64,000 bases of DNA from Octopus sinensis. Lineage: Eukaryota. The stretch is taken from contig NC_043026.1 of the NCBI RefSeq assembly GCF_006345805.1, positions 3,906,001-3,970,000 of the forward strand, given 5' to 3'. Positions within the stretch are counted from its first letter, which is position 1, and every line of letters starts with the position of its first letter. The notes under the pieces are model-generated. The model saw nothing but the letters and a program-made list of their open reading frames with translations, made no database searches and had not been told where the DNA came from. This document shows, in pieces, positions 1-10,009 of the stretch. A program made the translations under genes and the position numbers.

Positions 1-770
1 GACGTCTATTGAGGTGAAAACATTCTGTGCCATATGAATATGTCCCTCGTTTAAGAAACGGATCTTTTCGGTTTGAACGGCAGTTTTTTTAATTAATTTC
101 CACGTAACTAAACACTTTTAAACTTCGTATACTGGTAGAATGTGTTTATAAAACATCTTTTTCTCTTGGCTTTCTTGAGAAAATTCTTGAGGTGAAAACG
201 TTCTGTGCCGTATGAATATGTCCCTCGTTTAAGAAACGGATCTTTTCGGTTTGAACGGCAGTTTTTAAAAATAATTTCCACGTAACTAAACACTTTTAAA
301 CTTCGTATACTGGTAGAATGTGTTTATAAAACATTTTTATCTCTTGGCTTTATTGAGAAAATTCTATGGTTTGTAAGATATTTGTTGTTTTTTTTTCTTC
401 AATTTCTGCAATTTCAACCAATCAATGACGTCTATTGAGGTGAAAACATTCTGTGCCATATGAATATGTCCCTCATTTAAGAAACGGATCTTTTCGGTTT
501 GAACGGCAGTTTTTTAAAATAATTTCCACGTAACTAAACACTTTTAAACTTCGTATACTGGTAGAATGTGTTTATAAAACATCTTTTTCTCTTGGCTTTC
601 TTGAGAAAATTCTTGAGGTGAAAACGTTCTGTGCCGTATGAATATGTCCCTCGTTTAAGAAACGGATCTTTTCGGTTTGAATGGCAGTTTTTTTAATTAA
701 TTTCCACGTAACTAAACACTTTTAAACTTCATATACTGGTAGAATGTGTTTATAAAACATCTTTTTAAAA
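1..770 (+). repeat. Tandem array of the left part of the Merlin-like MITE (alternating ~178 and ~248 bp units); runs off the window start
   Basis: gaggtgaaaa recurs at ~11, 189, 437, 614. Each unit contains the left TIR ggatcttttcggtttgaacggcagtttttt and matches the MITE at 15854-16289. Confidence 0.85.
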
Positions 771-774
771 ATAA

Positions 775-1198
775 AATAATAATAATAATTGTGTACAGTG
801 CTCAGGTGCACTACAACTCATCTAAAGTGTATATATAATCAGGTGTAGTTTCGGTGGATTTCGGAAAGCATGAGGGCCTTAAAGGATGCAGTGTCATGGC
901 AGTCAACAACTGACGCAGGAAGTTTATTCCATGCTTCAGCAACTCTGAGCGTGAAAAAATGTTTCCGAAAGTCATGGGAGCTGTGCTGTTTTCTGACTTT
1001 GTAGGCATGTCCACGTGTGTTAGACACATGGAGATCAAAAAGGTGTTCAGTGTTGTTGTTGGTGAGGTGGTTGATAACTTTGTGGGTGTTTACCAAGTCG
1101 GTCACCAGACGCCGGAGCTTCAGTGTATCCATGCCCAGGGAAACAATGCGCTCAGAATATGGTAGGTGTCTGATGGAGGGTATGCGTTTGGTTGCACC
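775..1198 (-). mobile_element. 5'-truncated CR1-clade LINE 3' end (subfamily 1)
   Basis: ORF 839..1132 LRRLVTDLVNTHKVI...TRGHAYKV...HFFTLRVAEAWNKLP..VV...SFK is a typical CR1/L2 ORF2 C-terminus; (TTA)n tail at ~775-790. Confidence 0.85.
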
Positions 1199-1294
1199 TT
1201 GGCTTTATTGAGAAAATTCTTTAGGTGAAAACTTTCTGTGCCGTATGAATATGTCCCTCGTTTAAGAAACAGATTAGGTTTATTTAGATTTCTA

Positions 1295-1430
1295 TGGTTG
1301 GTGTCAGGAAGAGCATCCAGCTGTAGATACCATGCCAGAGCAGACTGCGGAGCTCTGTGTAGTTCTTCTAGCTTGTCAGCCTTTGTCAAACTGTCCAACC
1401 CATGCCAGCATGGAGGAGCGGACATTAGAT
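1295..1430 (+). mobile_element. RTE 3'UTR terminal fragment
   Basis: ggtgtcaggaagagcatccagctgtag...ccaacccatgccagcatgg matches the 3'UTR of the RTE at 6858-8285 and runs into a (GAT)n tail. Confidence 0.7.
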
Positions 1431-2107
1431 GATGATGATGATGATGATGATGTTGGTGATGGTGATGGTGGTGGTGGTGGTGGTGGTGGTGGTGATAGTG
1501 GTGGTGATAGTGGTGATGATGATGGTAGTGGTGGTGGCGGCGGTGATGGTGAGGATGGTGGTGTGGTAGTAGTGGTATTGGTGGTGGTGGTGGTGGTGGT
1601 GGTGGAAGTGGTGGTGATGATGATGATGATGATGATGATGACGACAACGACAACGATGACGATGATAGTGGTGATGATGATAATTGTGGTGGTGGTGGTG
1701 GTGGTAATGATGGTGGTGGTGGTGGTGGTGGTAATGATGGTGGTGGTGATGATGATGATGATGATGATGATGATGGTGGTGATGATGATGATGATGGTGA
1801 TGATGATGCTGATGATGCTGATGATGATGATGATGATGATGAAGATGCTGATGATGATGCTGATGATGATGATGACGATGAAGATGATGATGATGAAGAT
1901 GATGATGAAGATGATGATGATGATGATGACAATCATGATGATGACAATCATGATGATGATGATGATGACAATGATGATGATGATGATGATGACAATTATG
2001 ACAATCATGATGATGATGATGATGACAATGATGATGATGACAATGATGATGATGACAATGATGATGATGATAATGATGATAATGATGATGATGAAGATGA
2101 TGATGAA

Positions 2108-2140
<33 letters not shown>

Positions 2141-2216
2141 GAAGAAGAAGAAGAAGAAGAAGAAGAAGAAGAAGAAAGAAGAAGAAGAAGAAGAAGACAA
2201 CGACGACGACAATGAA

Positions 2217-2250
<34 letters not shown>
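1425..2250. repeat. Compound trinucleotide tract (GAT/GGT/GAC/GAA)n
   Basis: Direct reading; source of the poly-M/S/I pseudo-ORFs. Confidence 0.95.
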
Positions 2251-2339
2251 TTTTTTTCTCAACAACTGTAATTTCAGTGAATTTGCTTTTAGAAGTTGAA
2301 ATATGTCATAAAGATATCTCACAGAAAGTCATGTCTTGA

Positions 2340-2721
2340 ATGCTAACCTATTCTGAGCGCCTTGTTTCCCTGGGCATGGATACACTGAAGCTCCGGCGTC
2401 TGGCGACGGACTTGCTAAACACCCACAAAGTTATCAACCACCTCACCAACAACAACAACACTGAACACCTTTTTGATCTCCATGTGTCCAACACACGTGG
2501 ACATGCCTACAAAGTCAGAAAACAACACAGCTCCCATGACTTTCGGAAACATTTCTTCACGCTCAGAGTTGCTGAAGCATGGAATAAACTGCCTGCGTCA
2601 GATGTTGACTGCCATGACACTGCATCCTTTAAGGCCCTCATGCTTTCCGAAATCCGCCGAAACTACACCTGATTATATATGCACTTTAGATGAGTTGTAG
2701 TGCACCTGAGCACTGTACACA

Positions 2722-2759
<38 letters not shown>

Positions 2760-2760
2760 T
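2340..2760 (+). mobile_element. 5'-truncated CR1-clade LINE 3' end (subfamily 1)
   Basis: ORF 2340..2672, near-identical to the 775-1198 copy in opposite orientation; gtgcacctgagcac stem-loop then (TTA)n tail. Confidence 0.85.
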
Positions 2761-2934
2761 ATTCTCAACAACTGCAATGAGTATACGATGCAGTGATTGT
2801 CTGCTATTCGGTATTGGTCAATAGAAGATGTGCACATCTTACAGCATGGCAATGTCCCAGCATATGCTACCAATTTGCTACTAAGTGCAAAGTTGAAGAA
2901 ATTTGAGCGTCTGAAAGTTGCTGCTTCACTTTTT

Positions 2935-4235
2935 ACTCTTTTACTTGTTTCAGCCATTTGACTGCGGCCATGCTGGAGCACCGCCTCTAATCGAGCAACT
3001 CGGCCCCGGGACTTATTCTTTGTAAACCCAGTACTTATTCTATCGGTCTCTTTTACTTGTTTCAGCCATTTGACTGCGGCCATGCTGGAGCACCGCCTTT
3101 AATCGAGCAACTCGACCCCGGGACTTATTCTTTGTAAACCCAGTACTTATTCTATCGGTCTCTTTTACTTGTTTCAGTCATTTGACTGCGGCCATGCTGG
3201 AGCACCGCCTTTAATCGAGCAAATCGACCCCCAGGACTTATTCTTTGTAAGCCCAGTACTTATTCTATCGGTCTCTTTTACTTGTTTCAGCCATTTGACT
3301 GCGGCCATGCTGGAGCACCGCCTTTAATCGAGCAACTCGACCCCGGGACTTATTCTTTTGTAAGCCCAGTACTTATTCTATCGGTCTCTTTTACTTGTTT
3401 CAGTCATTTGACTGCGGCCATGCTGGAGCACCGCCTTTAATCGAGCAAATCGACCCCCAGGACTTATTCTTTGTAAGCCCAGTACTTATTCTATCGGTCT
3501 CTTTTACTTGTTTCAGTCATTTGACTGCGGCCATGCTGGAGCACCGCCTTTAATCGAGCAACTCGACCCCAGGACTTATTCTTTGTAAACCCAGTACTTA
3601 TTCTATCGGTCTCTTTTACTTGTTTCAGTCATTTGACTGCGGCCATGCTGGAGCACCGCCTTTAGTCGGGCAAATCGACCCCGGGACTTATTCTTTTGTA
3701 AGCCCAGTACTTATTCTATCGGTCTCTTTGCCGAACCGCTAAGTGACGGGGACGTAAACACACCAGCATCGGTTGTCATGGCGGCGAGCTGGCAGAAACG
3801 TTAGCACGCCGGGCGAAATGCGTAGCTGTATTTCGTCTGCCGTTATGTTCTGGGTTCAAATTCTGCCGAGGTCGACTTTGCCTTTCATCCTTTCAGGGTC
3901 AATAAATTAAGTACCAGTTACGCACTGGGGTCGATGTAATCGATTTATTCCGTTTGTCTGTCCTTGTTTGTTCCCTCTGTGTTTAGCCCCTTGTGGGTAG
4001 TAAAGAAATAGGTTGTCAAGACACACAAACATACACACACATACACATATATATATATATACATATATACGACAGGCTTCTTCCAGTTTCCGTCTACCAA
4101 ATCCACTCACAAGGCATTGGTCGGCCCGGGGCTATAGCAGAAGACACTTGCCCAAGATGCTACGCAGTGGGACTGAACCCGGAACCATGTGGTTGGTGTA
4201 AGTAAGCTACTTACCACACAGCCACTCCTACGCCT
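2935..4235 (-). mobile_element. tRNA-derived SINE family A with its 3' segment amplified 7x and a nested family B SINE
   Basis: Units of 112-113 bp start at ~2939, 3051, 3163, 3276, 3389, 3502, 3614. Head with A/B boxes on the minus strand at ~4170-4235. Confidence 0.85.
3779..4010 (+). mobile_element. tRNA-derived SINE family B (Meta-domain-like centre) inserted into a family A SINE
   Basis: Flanked by ggttgtca at 3771-3778 and 4011-4018. B-box-like gggttcaaattc; centre gactttgcctttcatcctttcagggtcaataaattaagtaccag resembles the Meta domain (from memory). Confidence 0.8.
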
Positions 4236-4319
4236 ACTTTGTTTACAGTCCAGACATTGCACCATCAAATTTCCACATTTGCTGAGCCATGGCTCATATC
4301 CTGCATAACAGAGACACAC

Positions 4320-4560
4320 ATGCCACCAGCAATACACACACACACACATTGTGCATTAATGCAAGTGTGCCACCCCCATCCCCATTGACTTTGTTTCCTC
4401 ATGACCTTCTGAAAAATGGACATTTTTAAAATAAAGTTTTCTACAAATACGCAGGAGTGGCTGTGTGGTAAGTAGCTCGCTTACCAACCACATGGTTCTA
4501 GATTCAGTCCCACTGCATGGCACCTTGGGCAAGTGTCTTCTACTATAGCCTCAGTCCGAC
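4320..4560 (+). repeat. Segment duplicated at ~8812-9070 (unique flank plus SINE A head)
   Basis: tgcaagtgtgccacccc...ttttctacaaatacgcaggagtggctgtgtgg occurs in both places with the same SINE junction. Confidence 0.8.
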
Positions 4561-4639
4561 ACACAATAAAGTAGATAAGGTTGAAAATAGGTGTGGGAAG
4601 TTTTCACCTCTAAGCCAACCAAATGATATTGAATTTGGA

Positions 4640-4950
4640 ATTGAGTTTCTGTTCCTTCACGAGCCACGCCTGGCTCATAAGGGCCAGTTTCCCGGTTTTC
4701 TTGGCGTATAGGTTCCCCACCTGGATGGGACGCCGGTCTGCCGCAGGTGAGCTGCAAGATGCAGGAGGAAAGAGTGAGAGAAAGTTGTGGCGAAAGAGTC
4801 AGCAGAAGTTTGCCATTACCTTCTGCCGGAGCTGCGTGGAGCTTAGGTGTTTCGCTCATAAACACACACATTGCCTGGTCTGAGATTCGAACCCACAATC
4901 CCTCAACCACGAGTCCACTGCTGTAACCACTGGGCCATGTGCCTCCAATT
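4640..4950 (-). mobile_element. tRNA-derived SINE family C (V-domain-like centre)
   Basis: Minus-strand head tggcccagtgg (A box) ... gggttcgaatc (B box); centre cctgcggcagaccggcgtcccatccagg resembles the V-SINE domain (from memory). Confidence 0.7.
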
Positions 4951-5054
4951 GAGCTTCTGGCTTAACAATGGCAACAGATAATAGAAATGATGGGATATAT
5001 TTTAATGAATAAACACCATTTGCATATGATTGGTTTGAACTAAATTAATTAAAG

Positions 5055-5109
5055 GTGGTGGTGGTGGTGGTGATGATGGTGATGATGATGATGGTGGTGG
5101 TGGTGGTGG

Positions 5110-5143
<34 letters not shown>

Positions 5144-5275
5144 TATGATGATGATGATGATGATGATGGTGGTGATGATGGTGATGATGATGATGATGAT
5201 GATAATGATGGTGATGATGATGAGGATGATAATGATGGTGATGATGATGATGATGATGGTGATGATAGAATATGC
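5055..5275. repeat. (GGT/GAT)n trinucleotide tract
   Basis: Direct reading. Confidence 0.95.
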
Positions 5276-5374
5276 AACCATGTCATGTTTGTTCACAGGT
5301 GGTGGCTGGCCCTTTGGGTTTCGATGGAAGAGTTACAGAAGGATAATGACGACGACAACAACAACAACAACAAC

Positions 5375-5545
5375 AACATTAGAAAATACCTTAGGAATGA
5401 AAACCCAGGTTTGAAATTTCCCCAAGACACCTGATGAAGGCTGGAGGGTATATCAGCCGAAACATTGTGTTAACAACAAACAAGATGAGGACAAATATCC
5501 GTCAAATGTAAATAATGTACATAATTCCTCATCTCTTAAATATAG
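5375..5545 (+). mobile_element. Penelope-like terminal repeat fragment; related copies at ~6320-6445 and ~61680-61845
   Basis: Shared sequence aaaataccttaggaatgaaaacccaggtt...gatgaggacaaatatcc..aaatgtaaataatgt; contains a hammerhead motif. The Penelope assignment is inferred from the hammerhead association; no RT/GIY-YIG ORF is seen. Confidence 0.55.
5426..5471 (+). ncRNA. Minimal type I hammerhead ribozyme motif, one substitution in stem III
   Basis: GACAC-CTGATGA-A-GGCTG-loop-CAGCC-GAAAC-ATT-GTGTT: stem I GACAC/GTGTT, stem II GGCTG/CAGCC. The sister copy at 6381-6390 has ACGTTGTGTT, so G>A is probably decay. Confidence 0.7.
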
Positions 5546-5571
5546 AAGTGAATAATAATAATAATAATAAT

Positions 5572-6004
5572 TATAGAGAAATTAAGGCCAACAGACCAGA
5601 TATAGTTGTCAGAGATCATGAAGAAAAAAAATGCTTTCTAATTGAGGTATCAATACTGGCAGATGACAATGTGTCTCTAAAAGAAATGGAGAAACTCTCA
5701 AAATACAAAGACCTAGAAATAGAGGTAACCAGAATGTGGAATCTAAAAACAGAAACAATTCCTATCATAGTAGGTGCATTAGGCATGATAAAAAAATATT
5801 CAGACAAATACATAACAAAAACACCAGGACTTACAAACACATATAACATACAGAAAATTGCACTACTAGGCACTGCACACATCCTACGCAGAACACTTTC
5901 CATACAATAACCATCAGAGCATCACAACAAATCACAGCACATACCCAAGGCACACAGAGCTGCGCTCGGTAGTGAAGTGAAAGCACGCTATAAAAATAAA
6001 ACTA

Positions 6005-6056
<52 letters not shown>

Positions 6057-6060
6057 GTAA
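5572..6060 (+). mobile_element. R4/Dong-like non-LTR retrotransposon 3' end (restriction-like endonuclease domain)
   Basis: ANRPDIVV...LIEVS...EKLSKYKDL...IPIIVGALG...LLGTAHILRR (PD-(D/E)xK-type RLE); (AAT)n on both sides. Confidence 0.8.
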
Positions 6061-6857
6061 TACCAACAACAACAACAATAATAATAATAAATCAAGTTTT
6101 TAAACAAGTTTTAAAACAAACATAATTTTCATATGGTTTTTTAGACATTCACTAGTATAACACTAGTATAACACTAGTATAACACTAAGTTATGCACCCT
6201 AGGCGTAACACCAACATGAACTTCCAACTTGTTGTCTCTTGAGGTCTCTGGGTGAGACTTGGAGCCATCTTGTGCAAATGTAAAGCAAAAGTCAAGCATA
6301 GAATAGTAATAATAATAACATCGAAAAATACCTAAGGAATGAGAACCCAGGTTCAAAATTTCCCCAAGACACCTGATGAAACGTTGTGTTAAAAACAAAC
6401 AATATGAGGACAAATATCCGTCAAATGTAAATAATGTAAATAATTAAAATGGTCTGTTACCTATTTTATCTTCTTGTCAAAGTCTCTATTACTTGATCGG
6501 GATATATTCATGTAAGCTAATTTCCATCTTCTTATGATCATAGAGAAATTTTATTACCTGATCTGAATGTTGTTATGTAATGTATTTTTTGACACTTCAC
6601 ACAGGATACGCAAATCCTTGAACCTTTTCTTATAATTGTCAAAGACTCTGTCACTTGATTTGAATTCATTTTTGTAAACTGATTTTTGACACCACAGAGG
6701 ATACACAAAACCTCACACTTTACTTTTGAAAATCTTTTTAAAATAAGTGAAACCGGTTAGTTTGAATAATACTTTTAAAAGACTCCTGCATTTTCAAATT
6801 CTTCTTATATTTCAACTCATGCGGTAATACCCAACTTTACTTTGTTATATATATATA

Positions 6858-8285
6858 TCATCATCATCATCATCATCATTTAGCGTCCGTTTTCCATGCT
6901 AGCATGGGTTGGACGGTTCTACTGGGGTCTGTGAAGCCAGAAGGCTTCATCAGGCCCAGTCAAATCTGGCAGTGTTTCTACGGCTGGATGCCCTTCCTAA
7001 CGCCAACCACTCCGTGAGTGTAGTGGGTGCTTTTTACGTGCCACCCGCACTGGTGCCAGACAGAGCTGGCAAACGGCCACGAACGGATGGTGCTTTTTAT
7101 GTGCCACCGGCACGAGGGCCAGGCGAGGCTGGCAACGGACACGAAACGGGGCGGTGCTGGCAACGGTCGTGAAACGGAACTTCTCTTACATGCCACCGGC
7201 ACTGGTAACACATCTGCAATTCCATTGATCGATTTCCATTGATCGATTTCGATTCTGATCCTCACTTGCCTCAATGGGTCTTCACAAGCAGAGTTTCGAC
7301 ATGCCACCGGCACTGGTAGCACATCCGCAATTTCCATTGATCGATTTCGATTCTGATCCTCACTTGCCTCAACACGTCTTCACAAGTAGAGTTTTGTGTC
7401 CCAAGAAGGGAAGGTATGCATACGTAGGCTGGCTCCATCCCATGTAGAAGGCCACGGGTTGTGGACTCACTTGTCCTGCCGGGTCTTCTCGCGCACAGCA
7501 CACTTCCAGAGGTCTCGGTCTCTAGTCATTTCCTCAGTGAGACCTAAAGTTCGAAGGTCGTGCTTCACCACCTCGTCCCAGGTTTTCCTGGGTCTGCCTC
7601 TTCCACAGGTTCCCTCAACCGCTAGGGTGTGGCACTTTTTCACACAACTATCTTCATCCATTCTCGCCACATGACCATACCAGCGCAAACGTCTCTCTTG
7701 CACACCACAACTGATGCTTCTTAGGTCCAGCTTTTCTCTCAAGGTACTTACACTCTGCCGAGTGTGAGTACCGGCATTACACATCCATCGGAGCATACTG
7801 GCTTCATTTCTAGCGAGCTTACGCATATCCTCAGCAGTCACGGCCCATGTTTCACTGCCATGTAGCATGGCTGTTCGTACACACGCATCATACAGTCTGC
7901 CTTTCACTCTGTGCGAGAGGCCTTTTGTCACCAGCAGAGGTAAGAGCTCTCTGAACTTTGCCCAAGCTATTCTTACTCTAGCAGTTACACTTTCAGCACA
8001 CCCACCCCCGCTGCTGACTTGGTCACCTAGGTAACGGAAACTATCAACTATTTCTAGTTTTTCTCCCTGGAAAGTGACGGAAGTTGGTCTCAGAGCATTT
8101 TCAGTGTTTATTGTTCCTGAGCATCTGCCACATACAAAAACCATCTTCCTAGTTAGCCTTCCTTTGACATTGCTGCATCTCTTATGTGTCCATAGCTTAC
8201 ACTTGGTGCATCTTATAGAGTTTCTACCTACACCTTTTCTACAGATCGAGCAGGGCCATCTACCTGAAGGTGTTTGTGATTTGTC
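6858..8285 (-). mobile_element. 5'-truncated RTE-clade LINE: ORF C-terminus plus ~600 bp 3'UTR and (GAT)n tail
   Basis: ORF 7467..8144 (extendable to 8285) with LEIVDSFRYLGD, MLHGSETW, RRLRWYGHVARM, GRGRPRKTW motifs. Confidence 0.9.
7467..8285 (-). pseudogene. RTE ORF2 C-terminal 272 aa: PHD finger then RT thumb/C-terminal region
   Basis: Open frame DKSQTPSGRWPCSICRKGVGRNSIRCTKCKLWTHKRCSNVKGRLTRKMVFVCGRC...REKTRQDK*. Confidence 0.85.
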
Positions 8286-8316
<31 letters not shown>

Positions 8317-8339
8317 TATTATTATTATTATTTGAGGGA

Positions 8340-8620
8340 ATAAAATCCAAACTTACAAAGAAAAAAATTCAATTTAGAAATACTAAATCAAATTTTCCAC
8401 AATATAATATATATATAAAAAATTAGAAAAAAACCCACCTTTTATCAATTCAAAATGAACGATTAAATTACACCATCTAGAAAATTACATATAATAGAAA
8501 AATTGAACTTAAAATAACAATAAAATGTCAAATATTAAGTAAATTGCAAAAAATAGTAATAAAATTTAATTGTTCATTTTGAATTGATAAAAGGTGTTTT
8601 TTTTCTAATTTTATATATAT
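8340..8620. repeat. AT-rich fold-back element (~55 bp inverted repeats); rearranged relative at ~12168-12340
   Basis: aaaattagaaaaaaacccaccttttatcaattcaaaatgaac (~8419-8460) is mirrored by gttcattttgaattgataaaaggtgttttttttctaatttt (~8572-8612). Confidence 0.65.
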
Positions 8621-8966
8621 ATTTCATCATCATCATCATCATCACCATCGTTTAATATCAGCTCTCCATGCTGGCATGGATTGGACGGTTTGAGATGGAG
8701 GTGGCTAGCAGGGGAATGTCCAAACCCCAACTGTCTGTTGTGGCATGGTTTCTACAGCTGGATGCCCTCCCTAATGTCAACCACTTAGCAGAGTGGGCTT
8801 GGTGCTTTTTACATGCCACCAGCAATACACACACACACACCACACACACACACCACACACACATGGTGCATCAATGCAAGTGTGCCACCCCCATCCCCAC
8901 TGACTTTGTTTCCTCATGACCTTCTGAAAAATGGACATTTTAAAAATAAAGTTTTCTACAAATACG

Positions 8967-9137
8967 CAGGAGTGGCTGTGTGGTAAGTAGCTTGTTTACC
9001 AACCACATGATTCTGGGTTCAGTCCCACTGCATGGCACCTTGGGCAAGTGTCTTCTACTATAGCCTCGGGCCGACCAAAACCTTGTGAGTGGATTTGGTA
9101 GAGGGAAACTGAAAGAAGCCCATCGTATATATGTATG

Positions 9138-9170
<33 letters not shown>

Positions 9171-9500
9171 GTGTGTGTATGTTTGTGTGTCTGTGTTTGT
9201 CTCCCCAGCATCGTTTGACAACCAATGCTGGTGTGTTTACATCCCCGTCACTTAGCGGTTCGGCAAAAGAGACCGATAGAATAAGTACTAGGCTTATAAA
9301 GAATAAGTCCCGGGGTCGAGTTGCTCGACTAAAGGCGGTGCTCCAGCATGGCCACAGTCAAATGACTGAAACAAGTAAAAGAGACCGATAGAATAAGTAC
9401 TAGGCTTACAAAGAATAAGTCCCGGGGTCGAGTTGCTCGACTAAAGGCGGTGCTCCAGCATGGCCACAGTCAAATGACTGAAACAAGTAGAAGAGTACAA
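8967..9500 (+). mobile_element. SINE family A, full length, 3' segment duplicated once
   Basis: A box tggctgtgtgg, B box ggttcagtccc, (TA/TG)n centre, gagta tail; ~112 bp duplication at 9270-9490. Confidence 0.85.
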
Positions 9501-10009
9501 GAGTAAGAGTAAATAGCTTTCAGGTGGGGTACATAATGATTGTTTTGGAATTTAATGTAAAAAGAAGAAACCAAAAAATGCTGGGCACCACACACCTTCT
9601 GACACACATTGTATATGAATCTACAAAATAAAGCTTGAAATTTTGGAAAAAATTGTGATGTGTGTTAGTGTGTGTGTGTGTGTGTATGTGCACCCACTAA
9701 TTTTATTTATTTTTTTTTTGTTTTAAATTTTAAATTCCAATATAATTGGTATCTACATCATCTGATAGGTATGGTATTTGTAGATAAATTCACTTGAAAG
9801 ATATCTATTTTTCTTCAAGATACAAGGAAAAAAATTCGTGGGAGGGGCACACTTATGTAGGTTGCCTCCTAACCACATGGTTCCAGGTTCAGTCCCACTG
9901 TGCGGCACTTTGGGAATGTGTCTTCTTCTGTAGCTTGAGGTTCACCAAAGCCTTGCGACTGGATGTGGTGAATGTAAACTAAAAGAAGCCCTTCATATAT
10001 ATATACATA

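Noticed and set aside
1120-2339. Long ORFs of 270-335 aa (and similar ORFs at 12.6-13.5, 17-19, 20.7-21.5, 28.5-29.5, 31.2-32.2, 62.8-64 kb)
   Set aside because: They are translations of simple repeats lacking stop codons, not protein-like sequence.
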